In this document: positions 46,659-55,547 of the stretch, one piece after another | Layout of the letters: every line of letters starts with the position of its first letter | Position numbering within the stretch: position 1 is the first letter of the stretch | Origin: Myxococcota bacterium | GTDB lineage: Bacteria > Myxococcota_A > UBA9160 > UBA6930 | NCBI GenBank assembly: GCA_030065975.1 | Contig: JASJCN010000001.1 | Coordinates: 4,294 to 68,293 of the forward strand | Direction of reading: 5' to 3' | Length of the DNA: 64,000 nt | Made by a program: the position numbers and the translations under genes | Notes under the pieces: generated by a model | Database searches by the model: none | Told to the model about the DNA's origin: nothing | The model's input: the letters and a program-made list of their open reading frames with translations, nothing else

Positions 46659-48326
46659 CTAGAGCAGGCCCTGGATCCGGCCGTCCCGGAGGTCGATGCG
46701 CTCGGCGCGGGGGCGTCGCGGGAGCCCGGGCATTCGCATCACGTCGCCGGTCAGCACCACGATGAAGCCGGCGCCGAGGTTCGGCACCAGCTCGCGGACC
46801 ACCACGTCGAAGCCTTCGGGTCGGCCCAGCAGCCGGGGGTCGTCCGAGAGCGAGCCGGGGATCTTGGCGACGCAGATCGGCAGATCCTCCCAGCCGTGCT
46901 TGCGGATCCGGCGCAGGTCGGACTCGGCCGACTTGGTGAGCTGCACGTCCTTCGCGCCGTACATGCCGCAGGCCACGGCCCGGATCTTCTCGGGAAGGGG
47001 ATCGCTCCAGTCGTAGAGCGGTCGGAACGGCTTCTCGCTGCGTTCGGCGTGCTCGAGCACCGCCCGGGCGAGCTCGAGAGCGCCTTCCCCGCCGCGCGCG
47101 TGGTGGTCCGAGACGGCGAAGGGGAGACCCCGGGCCTCGCAGTGGCCTCGCACCGCCTCGACCTCGGCATCGGTGTCCACGTCGAAGCGGTTCAGCGCGA
47201 CGACCGGCCGTTCTCCGAAGAGGCCGATGCTCTCGGCATGCTTGTCCAGGTTGGGGAGGCCCCGCACGACGGCCTCGACGTCGGGCGTTCCGAGATCCCG
47301 GATCGCCATGCCGCCGTGCATCTTGAGGGCACGGACGGTGGCGACCAGCACGACCGCCGCGGTGTCGAGGCCGGCGCCCGCACACTTGATGTCGAAGAAC
47401 TTCTCGGCGCCGAGGTCGAAGCCGAAGCCCGCCTCGGTCACGGCCCAGTCGGCGCAGTGGAGCGCCATGCGCGTGGCGAGCACGCTGTTGCAGCCGTGAG
47501 CGATGTTGGCGAAGGGGCCGCCGTGGACCCATGCCGGTGTTCCTTCCAGGGTCTGGACGAGGTTGGGACGAAGGGCGTCGGCCAGCAGGGCCAGCATCGC
47601 GCCCGTGGCCTCGAGGTCGCCGGCCAGGACCGGGCGACGGTCGTGCGTGAAGGCCACGAGCGTGCGGCTCAGGCGCGTGCGCAGATCCTCGGCATCCCTG
47701 GCCAGGCACAGCATCGCCATCACCTCGGAGGCCGCCGTGATGTCGAAGCCCGTCTCTCGGGGTACGCCCTGGCCGGGACCCCCCAGGCCGATGGTCACGT
47801 TGCGCAGGGCGCGGTCGTTCAAGTCCAGCACCCGCCGCCACACCACGCGTCGGGGGTCGATGCCGAGCGCGTTTCCCTGGTGCAGGTGGTTGTCGAGCAG
47901 GGCCGCCAGCAGGTTGTTGGCGCTGGTGATCGCGTGGAAGTCGCCCGTGAAGTGGAGGTCGATGCGCTCGGCCGGCACCAGCTGGCTGCGCCCGCCCCCG
48001 GTGGCGCCCCCCTTCATGCCGAAGCTCGGTCCCAGGGAGGGCTCGCGAAGGGCGAGACAGGCCGACTCGCCGAGTCGCGCCAATCCCTGGGCCAGGCCGA
48101 TCGAGGTGGTGGTCTTGCCTTCGCCCGCCGGCGTCGGGGTGATCGCGGAGACCAGGACGAGGCGACCCTTTCCGGGACGGAGACGCGGGCCGTCGAGGAC
48201 GTCGAGATCGACCTTGGCCATGTCCCGCCCGTAGGGATGCAGGGACTCCGGGGCGAGACCGAGATCGGCCGCGACGTCGGTGATGGGTCGCGGCTTGGCT
48301 GCGCGCTGGATTTCGAGATCGCTCAT
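46659..48326 (-). CDS. fhs: formate--tetrahydrofolate ligase
   Basis: ITPTPAGEGKTTTSIGL P-loop, GGPFANIAHGCNS, and full-length (555 aa) similarity to Fhs from memory. Confidence 0.95.
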   Translation of the reverse strand: MSDLEIQRAAKPRPITDVAADLGLAPESLHPYGRDMAKVDLDVLDGPRLRPGKGRLVLVSAITPTPAGEGKTTTSIGLAQGLARLGESACLALREPSLGPSFGMKGGATGGGRSQLVPAERIDLHFTGDFHAITSANNLLAALLDNHLHQGNALGIDPRRVVWRRVLDLNDRALRNVTIGLGGPGQGVPRETGFDITAASEVMAMLCLARDAEDLRTRLSRTLVAFTHDRRPVLAGDLEATGAMLALLADALRPNLVQTLEGTPAWVHGGPFANIAHGCNSVLATRMALHCADWAVTEAGFGFDLGAEKFFDIKCAGAGLDTAAVVLVATVRALKMHGGMAIRDLGTPDVEAVVRGLPNLDKHAESIGLFGERPVVALNRFDVDTDAEVEAVRGHCEARGLPFAVSDHHARGGEGALELARAVLEHAERSEKPFRPLYDWSDPLPEKIRAVACGMYGAKDVQLTKSAESDLRRIRKHGWEDLPICVAKIPGSLSDDPRLLGRPEGFDVVVRELVPNLGAGFIVVLTGDVMRMPGLPRRPRAERIDLRDGRIQGLL

Positions 48327-48357
48327 CGCCCCATGATATGTGCCCGCGAGGGGTGGG

Positions 48358-49122
48358 CTAGAGGCGATCGGCGGAAAGCCGCTCCTGCTCGGCGTCGATG
48401 CGGTCGAGCTCGGCCTGCCAGGCGTCCTGATTCCGCTTCGCGTCCTTGATGTAGGGGCTCATCTGGATGGCGCCGAGGAAGGTCTTGCCCAGCAGCCGGC
48501 CACGCAGCTTGAGTGGGCGGTGGATGTGCATCAGGAGGACGACGCGCTCCTGGTCGGTGTCGTTCCACACCTCGTGCTTGAAGGTGTCGTCGAAGACGAA
48601 CATGCGTCCCTCTTCCCAGCGGTACACCTTGCCCATCACGTCGATCCGGCAGCCCGGATCGTCGGGAACGAACAGGGGCAGGTGGGCGGTGACGATGGCC
48701 TTGCTCACGCCCTTGTGGCGGGGCAGATGGGTGCCCGGCGCCATCACCGAGAAGAACGCGGTCATCAGGCCGGGGATCTGCTCGAGCACGGCCATCGTCT
48801 CGGGGCAGCGGGCGCAGTTCTTCTCCACCGGAACGCCGTAGCCGCGCAGGAAGAAGGAGCGCCAGTGGTCGTCCGCGATGCGCTTGTGGTCGGGAGAGAT
48901 CTTGTAGAGCGGCGGCAGCCGGTCGCGGGCCGCCAGGATCTCTCCCGCCTCCTTCTTGATGGCCGGGTAGGCCCCCTCGAGGAGCTTCGCCCAGGGGAAG
49001 ACGTGGGGATCGAAGACCTCGGGGTCGCCGACCAGTGAGTCCTTCGAGAGGACGCCGTTGATGGGCTTGCGCACGCGCTTGCCGATGCGCATCAGCGTGC
49101 GCCGGAACCAGGAGTCGGCCAT
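48358..49122 (-). CDS. aspartyl/asparaginyl beta-hydroxylase family, LpxO-like
   Basis: APGTHLPRHKGVSKAIVTAHLPLFVP...MFVFDDTFKHEVWNDTDQERVVLLMHI. Confidence 0.85.
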   Translation of the reverse strand: MADSWFRRTLMRIGKRVRKPINGVLSKDSLVGDPEVFDPHVFPWAKLLEGAYPAIKKEAGEILAARDRLPPLYKISPDHKRIADDHWRSFFLRGYGVPVEKNCARCPETMAVLEQIPGLMTAFFSVMAPGTHLPRHKGVSKAIVTAHLPLFVPDDPGCRIDVMGKVYRWEEGRMFVFDDTFKHEVWNDTDQERVVLLMHIHRPLKLRGRLLGKTFLGAIQMSPYIKDAKRNQDAWQAELDRIDAEQERLSADRL

Positions 49123-49126
49123 CGAG

Positions 49127-50308
49127 CTAGATCACACCCACTTCGCGGCCGACCTTGCGCAGCGCGTCGAGGCACTGGTCGAGGTGCTCGCGCGTGTGGG
49201 TGGCCATGTAGGAGGTGCGCACCATGCAGCGCCCCTCCTCGACGGCGGGGGGGATCACCGCGTTGGCGAAGACGCCCTCTCGCAGCAGGCCCGCGACGAC
49301 GTGGAGGACGGGCTCCTCCTCCTGCAGCACCAGCGGGATCACCGGCGACTCGGCGGCCCCGGTGTCGAAGCCCAGGGTCTGGAGCTCGCGCATCATGTAG
49401 TGCGTGTTCTCCCACAGCTGCTTCCGCCGCTCGGGCTCGCGCTCGAGGATGTCGAGCGCGGCCAGCACGGCGGCGGCCGCTGCGGGCGGCATGGCCGCGG
49501 AGAAGATCTCGGTGCGCGCGTGGTGCTTGATGTACTCGATCACCTGGGCGTCGCCGGCCACGAAGCCACCGATGGAGGCCAGGCTCTTCGAGAAGGTCCC
49601 CATCACCAGGTCGATCTGGCCCTCGACGCCGAAGTGCTCGCCGACCCCGCGGCCGTGCTCGCCGAACACGCCGAGGCCGTGGGCGTCGTCCACCATCAGC
49701 CGCGCGTCGTACTGGTCGCGCAGCCTCGTCACCTCGGGCAGCGGGCAGAGATCGCCTTCCATCGAGTACACGCCGTCGACCACGATGAGCCGGCCGCGGT
49801 TCTCGGGTGCGGCCTTCAGCCGCTGCTCCAGATGGGCGGTGTCGTTGTGCCGGAACTTCCACACCTTGCTGAAGCCGAGCCGGGCGCCGTCCATGATGCA
49901 GGCGTGGTCGAGGGAGTCGAGCAGGGCCACGTCGTGGCGGCCGAGCAGGCAGGAGAGCACGCCGACGTTGACCTGGAATCCGGTCGGGAAGGTGAGCGCG
50001 GCCTCGCGCCGCATGAAGACGGCGAGGCGCTCCTCGAGCTCGACGTGGAGGTCGAGGGTGCCGTTCAGGAAGCGCGAGCCGGCGCAGCCGGTGCCGTACT
50101 GGGCGATGGCCTCCTGGGCGGCCTGCTTCACGAGGGGATGGCTGGCCAGCCCCAGGTAGTTGTTGGAGCCGAGCATGACCACCCGCTTTCCGTCCATCTC
50201 GACCACCGGGTCCTGCCCGGAGGAGATGGCTCGGAAGTAGGGGTACAGGCCCAGCGCTCGAGCCATGGCCGGTCGCTCGAAGCCTCGGCACTTGTCGAAG
50301 ACGTCCAT
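49127..50308 (-). CDS. alpha-oxoamine synthase family PLP enzyme (serine palmitoyltransferase / 8-amino-7-oxononanoate synthase-like)
   Basis: Internal ATG (MDVFDKCRGF). SNNYLGL, DDAHGLGV, and the PLP lysine in GTFSKSLASIGGF. Confidence 0.85.
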   Translation of the reverse strand: MDVFDKCRGFERPAMARALGLYPYFRAISSGQDPVVEMDGKRVVMLGSNNYLGLASHPLVKQAAQEAIAQYGTGCAGSRFLNGTLDLHVELEERLAVFMRREAALTFPTGFQVNVGVLSCLLGRHDVALLDSLDHACIMDGARLGFSKVWKFRHNDTAHLEQRLKAAPENRGRLIVVDGVYSMEGDLCPLPEVTRLRDQYDARLMVDDAHGLGVFGEHGRGVGEHFGVEGQIDLVMGTFSKSLASIGGFVAGDAQVIEYIKHHARTEIFSAAMPPAAAAAVLAALDILEREPERRKQLWENTHYMMRELQTLGFDTGAAESPVIPLVLQEEEPVLHVVAGLLREGVFANAVIPPAVEEGRCMVRTSYMATHTREHLDQCLDALRKVGREVGVI

Positions 50309-50405
50309 CGGGTCCCCCGTCTTCCGGGCGCGCCACGCACGCCGAAAGGCTCGCAGAGTCGATCGCAAGAACGCCTGGATCGCAAGGCTTTCGGGTTTTC
50401 GAGGG

Positions 50406-52241
50406 TCAGTCGGACTTCATGCGAGCGGGCCCGGGGCCGCTCAGCGTGGATCCCCGCGGGGCAACCGCGGCCTCGGCGGGCTGGGCCGGTTCCTGCACGC
50501 GCACCAGCCAGATCTCGCGCTCGCGCAGCCGCCAGAGCACCCGCCCCCGCACCGTCTCCAGGTGCTCGAGCTCGATCGGGTCCTCGGCCAGGAGCCGGTC
50601 CAGCCGGGGCTTCCGCTCGGAGTTGGGGACGATCAGGAGCGCCGGCTCGCTCCGGAGCCGGGGCACCACGTCCCGGGGGCGCCGCAGGAGCTCGGGCCGC
50701 ACCGGGAGGGCGTAGCCCACGCTGGCCGGCTGGAAGTCGTGGAGCAGGAGGGTCTCGCCCGGCCGCAGGTGGCGGGCCACGGCCTCGGCAAGCGGGCCCG
50801 CGATGCGGACGCGCTCGAGGGTGGGGAAGAGCGCTCCGAAGGCGCCGAGGTAGAGCACGACCGCGCCCGCGGCGAGGCGCCGGAAGATCCGCGCCGGGGT
50901 CCCGCCGCGCAGCACGCGCACCATGACGCCGGCCACGCCGAGGGCCAGGAGCGCGTAGCCGATGGCCACCGCGCGCACCGCCGTGTCCTCGATGGCGACG
51001 GCCAGCACGATGCTGCCGATCGCCAGAGCGGCGGGCAGCAGGGCACCGACCAGGGCCTCGGCATGGCGCAGCCGGATCGGGATCGGCTCCTCGCTGTCCT
51101 CGCGGAAGCGGAGCTCGAGCGCCACCACGAGCGCCAGTGCCGGGAAGGTGACCAGCATGTAGTGGGGCAGCTTCGAGGTGACCAGCTCGAGCATCACGAA
51201 GCAGCCGACGATCCAGGCGACGGGCAGGAGCAGGCGCCGGTCCCGGTTGCGCTTGCGGAACGCGCGCACGACGGCGGCCGGGAGCAGGGCGCCCCACGGC
51301 GCGAAGATCAGGAGCGTCGTGGCGACGTAGTAGCCCGGGATGCCCCAGTGGCCCTCGAAGCCGCGGGTGGTGCGGCCCAGCATGTCTTCCTGCACGCCCT
51401 TGGTGAAGAAGGCGCCCTCGGTCTCGAGGACGGCTGGAACGCCCCACGCCGCGAAGATCGCGACGGCGAGCGGCGCTCCCCACACGATCCCGAGCGAGGG
51501 CTCGAGGCGCTCGGAGCGCTGCCAGGCTCGGAGCGCCGCGGTGCCGGCGAGCGCGATCATCACCACGACGCCCACGCTGCCGAAGCCCGGGATCGCGACC
51601 GCGAGCGCGCCGACTCCGCACAGCGCCAGCAGGGTTCGCGTCTCGCTGTCGGAACGCCGCCCCCGCACCAGCTCGAGGGCCACCGCTGCGGCGATCAGGA
51701 AGCCCACGTTCACGAGCTTCGCGAGGGCACCCCACGCGACCGCGAGCCAGAAGAGGAGCTGCACCCAGCCCGGCCGTTCGGTGCCCTCGCGCAGCTTCTC
51801 CCACGCGAGGAAGGAGACCGTGGTGCCGAGGAGCAGGGCCGCGTCCGCGGTGAAGGCGTGGGCCTCGATCACGAGCATCACCGACGTCGCGAGGATCACG
51901 CCCGCACGGAATCCCACGTCGGGACCGAAGCGGCGCGCGAAGGCGAAGGCGGAGAGCAGCACGACCGCGAGGCTCGAGAGCGCCGAGGGCAGGCGCAGCC
52001 CGAAGGGCGTCTCTCCCAGGGCGGACCACGAGGCGCCCGCCAGCCAGTACACGAGGATCGGCTTCTGGAAGCGCAGCTCGTCCCAGTTGGTGGGGACGAT
52101 CCAGTCGCCGCGCTCGGCCATCTCGCGCACGGCCAGAGCGAAGCGCGCCTCGTCGCGGTCGACCACGCCGATCGAGGCGCTTCCCACGAGGAAGAGGGCG
52201 AGACCGCCCAGGGCAAGGAGTGCGACGCGGCGGGCCTCCAC
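50406..52241 (-). CDS. glycosyltransferase family 39 (ArnT/PMT-like lipid-linked sugar transferase)
   Basis: GTG start 76 nt from the divergent PAP2 gene. DRDEARFALAVREMAERGDWIVPT..FQKPILVYW. About 12 TM segments plus a C-terminal soluble domain. Confidence 0.8.
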   Translation of the reverse strand: MEARRVALLALGGLALFLVGSASIGVVDRDEARFALAVREMAERGDWIVPTNWDELRFQKPILVYWLAGASWSALGETPFGLRLPSALSSLAVVLLSAFAFARRFGPDVGFRAGVILATSVMLVIEAHAFTADAALLLGTTVSFLAWEKLREGTERPGWVQLLFWLAVAWGALAKLVNVGFLIAAAVALELVRGRRSDSETRTLLALCGVGALAVAIPGFGSVGVVVMIALAGTAALRAWQRSERLEPSLGIVWGAPLAVAIFAAWGVPAVLETEGAFFTKGVQEDMLGRTTRGFEGHWGIPGYYVATTLLIFAPWGALLPAAVVRAFRKRNRDRRLLLPVAWIVGCFVMLELVTSKLPHYMLVTFPALALVVALELRFREDSEEPIPIRLRHAEALVGALLPAALAIGSIVLAVAIEDTAVRAVAIGYALLALGVAGVMVRVLRGGTPARIFRRLAAGAVVLYLGAFGALFPTLERVRIAGPLAEAVARHLRPGETLLLHDFQPASVGYALPVRPELLRRPRDVVPRLRSEPALLIVPNSERKPRLDRLLAEDPIELEHLETVRGRVLWRLREREIWLVRVQEPAQPAEAAVAPRGSTLSGPGPARMKSD

Positions 52242-52317
52242 GCGCGCGAGGCTAACGGCGCGGGCCGCCGGCCGCGAGCATCCCCGCAGAGCCGAACCCG
52301 CTATCGTGCCCCCGCCC

Positions 52318-53004
52318 ATGACAGCCAGCGAGACACAGCGCATCCCCGGCCGCGGGCGCGTGATCGCGGGCCTCTTCGTCGGAGCCGCCTGTACGGCGGG
52401 GGTGCTCCCCTTCGACGTCGCGGGGATCGAGCTCGGGCGTACGCTCGAGGCGGCGTGGGCTGCGCAGTCGCCCGGCTGGAACGACGCGGGGAAGCAGTGG
52501 ACCCAGGCCTTCGGTCGGATCGAGGGCGGCATCGTTTCGGGCGTGCTGCTGCTCTTGCTCGGCCGCCGGAAGCGGGCGGGCCTGCGCCGGGTGGTGACCC
52601 TGGCCCTGGCCCTGCTGCTGATCGGTGCCTACGTCGCGGCCTTCAAGATCGCGGTCGGGCGCGCGCGCCCCGGCCCGGCGCTGCGCGCCACGGGCAGCTA
52701 CGAGACGCTGATCGAGGGCCCGGCCGTGGCGCTTCGCGACCCGCAGTACCGCTCGTTCCCCTCCGGCCATACCGCGAGCGCGGCGGCGGCGGCGGCCGTG
52801 GTGTCGGCGTACCATCCGGCGCTGCTGCCCATCGGCTTCTCGCTCACGGCGATCGTGGCTGCCGAGCGCGTCTACGACGCGAAGCACTACCCGAGCGACG
52901 TGGTCGCCGGGGGGTTCCTCGGCTGGTGGGTCGGCTGGTACGCGGTGGCGATGCGGGCGCGGGGGCTGCGGATGCCCTGGGAGGCGCCGGAGGAATTCGA
53001 GTGA
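52318..53004 (+). CDS. PAP2 superfamily phosphatase
   Basis: KIAVGRARP, SFPSGHTA and ERVYDAKHYPSDVVAG: the three acid-phosphatase motifs. Confidence 0.85.
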   Translation: MTASETQRIPGRGRVIAGLFVGAACTAGVLPFDVAGIELGRTLEAAWAAQSPGWNDAGKQWTQAFGRIEGGIVSGVLLLLLGRRKRAGLRRVVTLALALLLIGAYVAAFKIAVGRARPGPALRATGSYETLIEGPAVALRDPQYRSFPSGHTASAAAAAAVVSAYHPALLPIGFSLTAIVAAERVYDAKHYPSDVVAGGFLGWWVGWYAVAMRARGLRMPWEAPEEFE

Positions 53005-54014
53005 CCGATCCGTTGACCATGGTCGGAGCCCCGGGCTCGCCCTACAGCCGCAAGCTCCGCGCCGTGCTCCGCTATCGCCGCATCCCCTACGTGTGGGTGA
53101 CGCGCGGCTGGCCCGGGAGCGACGACATCCCGCCCGCGCGGGTCCCGGTGATTCCCTACGTGCAGTTCCCGGGGGAGCAGCGCTCGGTCGCCGACACCAC
53201 GCCGCTGATCCGTCGCCTCGAGGACCTGCACGAAGGGCGCTCGGTGATCCCCGACGATCCGGTGATCGCCATGCTCGACGCCCTGCTCGAGGACTATGGC
53301 GACGAGTGGCTGACCAAGTGCATGTTCCACTACCGCTGGGCGTTCCAGGCGGACATCGACAAGGCCGCGGCGGTGCTCCCGCGTTGGAGCAAGATCCACG
53401 CCACCGACGAGCAGGTGGCGCCCTTCTCGAAGATGTTCTCCGAGCGCCAGATCGAGCGGCTCTGGGTGGTGGGGTCCAACGAGACCACCGGGCCCGTGAT
53501 CGAGGAGAGCTACACGCGCTTCCTCGACCTCCTGGACGCGCGGCTCACGGAGGCGCCCTTCGTGCTCGGCGAGCGGCCTGCCTCGAGCGACTTCGCGCTG
53601 TACGGCCAGCTGACGCAGCTCGCGCTCTTCGATCCCACGCCCGCCGCGATCACCATCGGGCGCGCGCCCCGTGTCTACGCCTGGGTCGAGTCGATGGAAG
53701 AGCTCTCGGGCTGGGCGCCCTCCCAGAGCGGCTGGATCGACCGCGACGCGATCCCGGAGACCCTCACGGCCTTCCTCTCCGAAGTCGGGCGGGTGTACGC
53801 CCCGGCCATGCTCGCCAACGCCGCCGCTCTCGACGCGAACGCCGATCAGGTGGAGTGCGAGATCGACGGAAAGCCGTGGGTGCAGAAGCCCTTCCCCTAC
53901 CAGGGGAAGTGCCTGGCCGAGCTCCGCACGGCGCACGCGGCCCTTGCGCCGGGGGACCGCAGCGCCTTCGATGCGATCGTCGCGGGTACCGGATGCGAGG
54001 CGCTCTTCGCCTAA
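53001..54014 (+). CDS. glutathione S-transferase-like protein
   Basis: GTGA overlap with the PAP2 stop (alternative ATG at 53019). Thioredoxin-like N-terminus SPYSRKLRAVLRYRRIPY; C-terminal SDFALYGQL. Confidence 0.7.
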   Translation: MTDPLTMVGAPGSPYSRKLRAVLRYRRIPYVWVTRGWPGSDDIPPARVPVIPYVQFPGEQRSVADTTPLIRRLEDLHEGRSVIPDDPVIAMLDALLEDYGDEWLTKCMFHYRWAFQADIDKAAAVLPRWSKIHATDEQVAPFSKMFSERQIERLWVVGSNETTGPVIEESYTRFLDLLDARLTEAPFVLGERPASSDFALYGQLTQLALFDPTPAAITIGRAPRVYAWVESMEELSGWAPSQSGWIDRDAIPETLTAFLSEVGRVYAPAMLANAAALDANADQVECEIDGKPWVQKPFPYQGKCLAELRTAHAALAPGDRSAFDAIVAGTGCEALFA

Positions 54015-54089
54015 CTCTTCGCGAGGAGTCCTGGTTGACAGCGTCGACCCGGCTGTGGTCTCATGCCCCCGGGAAGGACGGAGGACGCG

Positions 54090-55547
54090 ATGTCCCGGAC
54101 CCCTTCCCGTTGCGCCCTGCTCGTCGCCCTGATCCTCCTGACGGCCGGCGCGAGCCACGCGGGCACCTTCGACCTGATCGCCACACTGGAGGTCGGCGCG
54201 ATCGGGACCCACAAGAGCTACCTCGTCACGGGCTCCGGGTCGCGAGTCACGAGCGTCGGAGGAGGCGTCGCCCAGATACCGGCCGGCCTCTTCCCCGCCA
54301 CTCTCGCCGGCTTGATCTCGCCGCCCGACTTCGGCCTCGACAACGTCCAGGTCGTCGGTGGAGGGCTTCCCGCCGGAACCCTGGACGCAGGGGCGCCGAC
54401 GAACGTGCTTCCGCTGCTGGGCATTCAGCAGCTGCGGCAAGGGACCCGCACCGACCTCACGGTCGCGCAGTCTCCCATCGGCGGTGGCGGAACCGCGATG
54501 GGAAGCCTGCTGGATGCGTTTGCGGTGACCCTGAGCGGCTCGCCCTGGCTCCTCGGCGTTCACACGGTGACGGGCACCGGTCTGGGCGCCCGCACGCAGG
54601 TGCTGAGCGGCTTCGATGCACGGACGGAGGCGGGAAGGGGCGTTGTGCGGTTCGTCTCTCCCGGGTCGACCCGCATCCCCGGGTTTCCGGTCCAGATCCC
54701 GACCGGAGGCATCCTCACGCTCGAGTACGTGACCGCCGCCGACGAGCCCGGTGCGCTGTGGCTCGGAGCCTTGCTGCTGCTCTTGCTCCTCGGCTTCGTA
54801 CGATCCTCGCGCCTGTCTCCTGCTCTTCGCAGTGTTCTGCTCGGAGTCGCCGTGTCGATCGTGCCTGCGACGACGAGCCACGCGGGCACATTCGACCTGG
54901 TCGCGACCCTGGATGTCGGACCGATCGGGGGAGTCGGCGGCTACCAGGTCACCGGGTCCGCGTCGGGGGTGACGAGCATCGGCGGCGGTGTCGCCCAGAT
55001 TCCCGCCGGCCTGTTTCCGGCGACGATCGCGGGGATCCTGTCGCCGGTGGACTCCGGCTTCGACAACTTCCGTGTCGTCGGAGGAGGCCTGCCCGCCGGA
55101 ACGCTGAACGCGGCCCTCTCGACGAACGCACTTCCCCTGCAAGGGACGCATCAGGTCCTGGCCGGCGCGATCCAGGGCGGCTTCATGGCGCAGACCCCCA
55201 TCGGCGGTGGGGGGACGGCCATGGGGATCTTCGGTGGTCTCCTGCCGGTCACGCTGAGTGGGTCCCCTTGGCTACTGGGCATCCACACCGTGGTGGGCGC
55301 CGGGCTGGCAAGCGGGGTCGAGCAGGTCCTCAGCGGTTTCGATGCGCGGACGGCATCCGGAGCGGGCGTCGTGCAATTCGTGTCTCCCGCGACGGCTCGC
55401 GTCGCGGCGCTTCCCGTGCTCCTCCCTACCGGCTCGACACTGACCCTCGAGTATCTGGCCGCCGCCACCGAACCGATGCCCGTCGTCCTGCTGAGCGTGG
55501 TGCTGTTCCTCACGGCGGCGCGAGTGCGGAGTGCTCGACCCCTGTAG
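54090..55547 (+). CDS. secreted protein made of two tandem copies of an unrecognised ~215-aa domain, each followed by a PEP-CTERM-like xEP-TM-basic signal
   Basis: GGAGGA RBS. Signal peptide ending SHA-GTFDL. Copy 1 ends DEPGALWLGALLLLLLLGFVRSSR (54741-54812). A second signal-peptide-like stretch and second copy follow in frame, ending TEPMPVVLLSVVLFLTAARVRSARPL. Confidence 0.7.
   Translation: MSRTPSRCALLVALILLTAGASHAGTFDLIATLEVGAIGTHKSYLVTGSGSRVTSVGGGVAQIPAGLFPATLAGLISPPDFGLDNVQVVGGGLPAGTLDAGAPTNVLPLLGIQQLRQGTRTDLTVAQSPIGGGGTAMGSLLDAFAVTLSGSPWLLGVHTVTGTGLGARTQVLSGFDARTEAGRGVVRFVSPGSTRIPGFPVQIPTGGILTLEYVTAADEPGALWLGALLLLLLLGFVRSSRLSPALRSVLLGVAVSIVPATTSHAGTFDLVATLDVGPIGGVGGYQVTGSASGVTSIGGGVAQIPAGLFPATIAGILSPVDSGFDNFRVVGGGLPAGTLNAALSTNALPLQGTHQVLAGAIQGGFMAQTPIGGGGTAMGIFGGLLPVTLSGSPWLLGIHTVVGAGLASGVEQVLSGFDARTASGAGVVQFVSPATARVAALPVLLPTGSTLTLEYLAAATEPMPVVLLSVVLFLTAARVRSARPL

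Noticed and set aside
50265-54014. 1249-aa plus-strand ORF
   Set aside because: Only the last 337 codons (from GTG 53001) look like a real protein (GST-like). The upstream part is antisense to the GT39 gene, out of frame with PAP2, and has Arg/Gly/Glu-rich composition.
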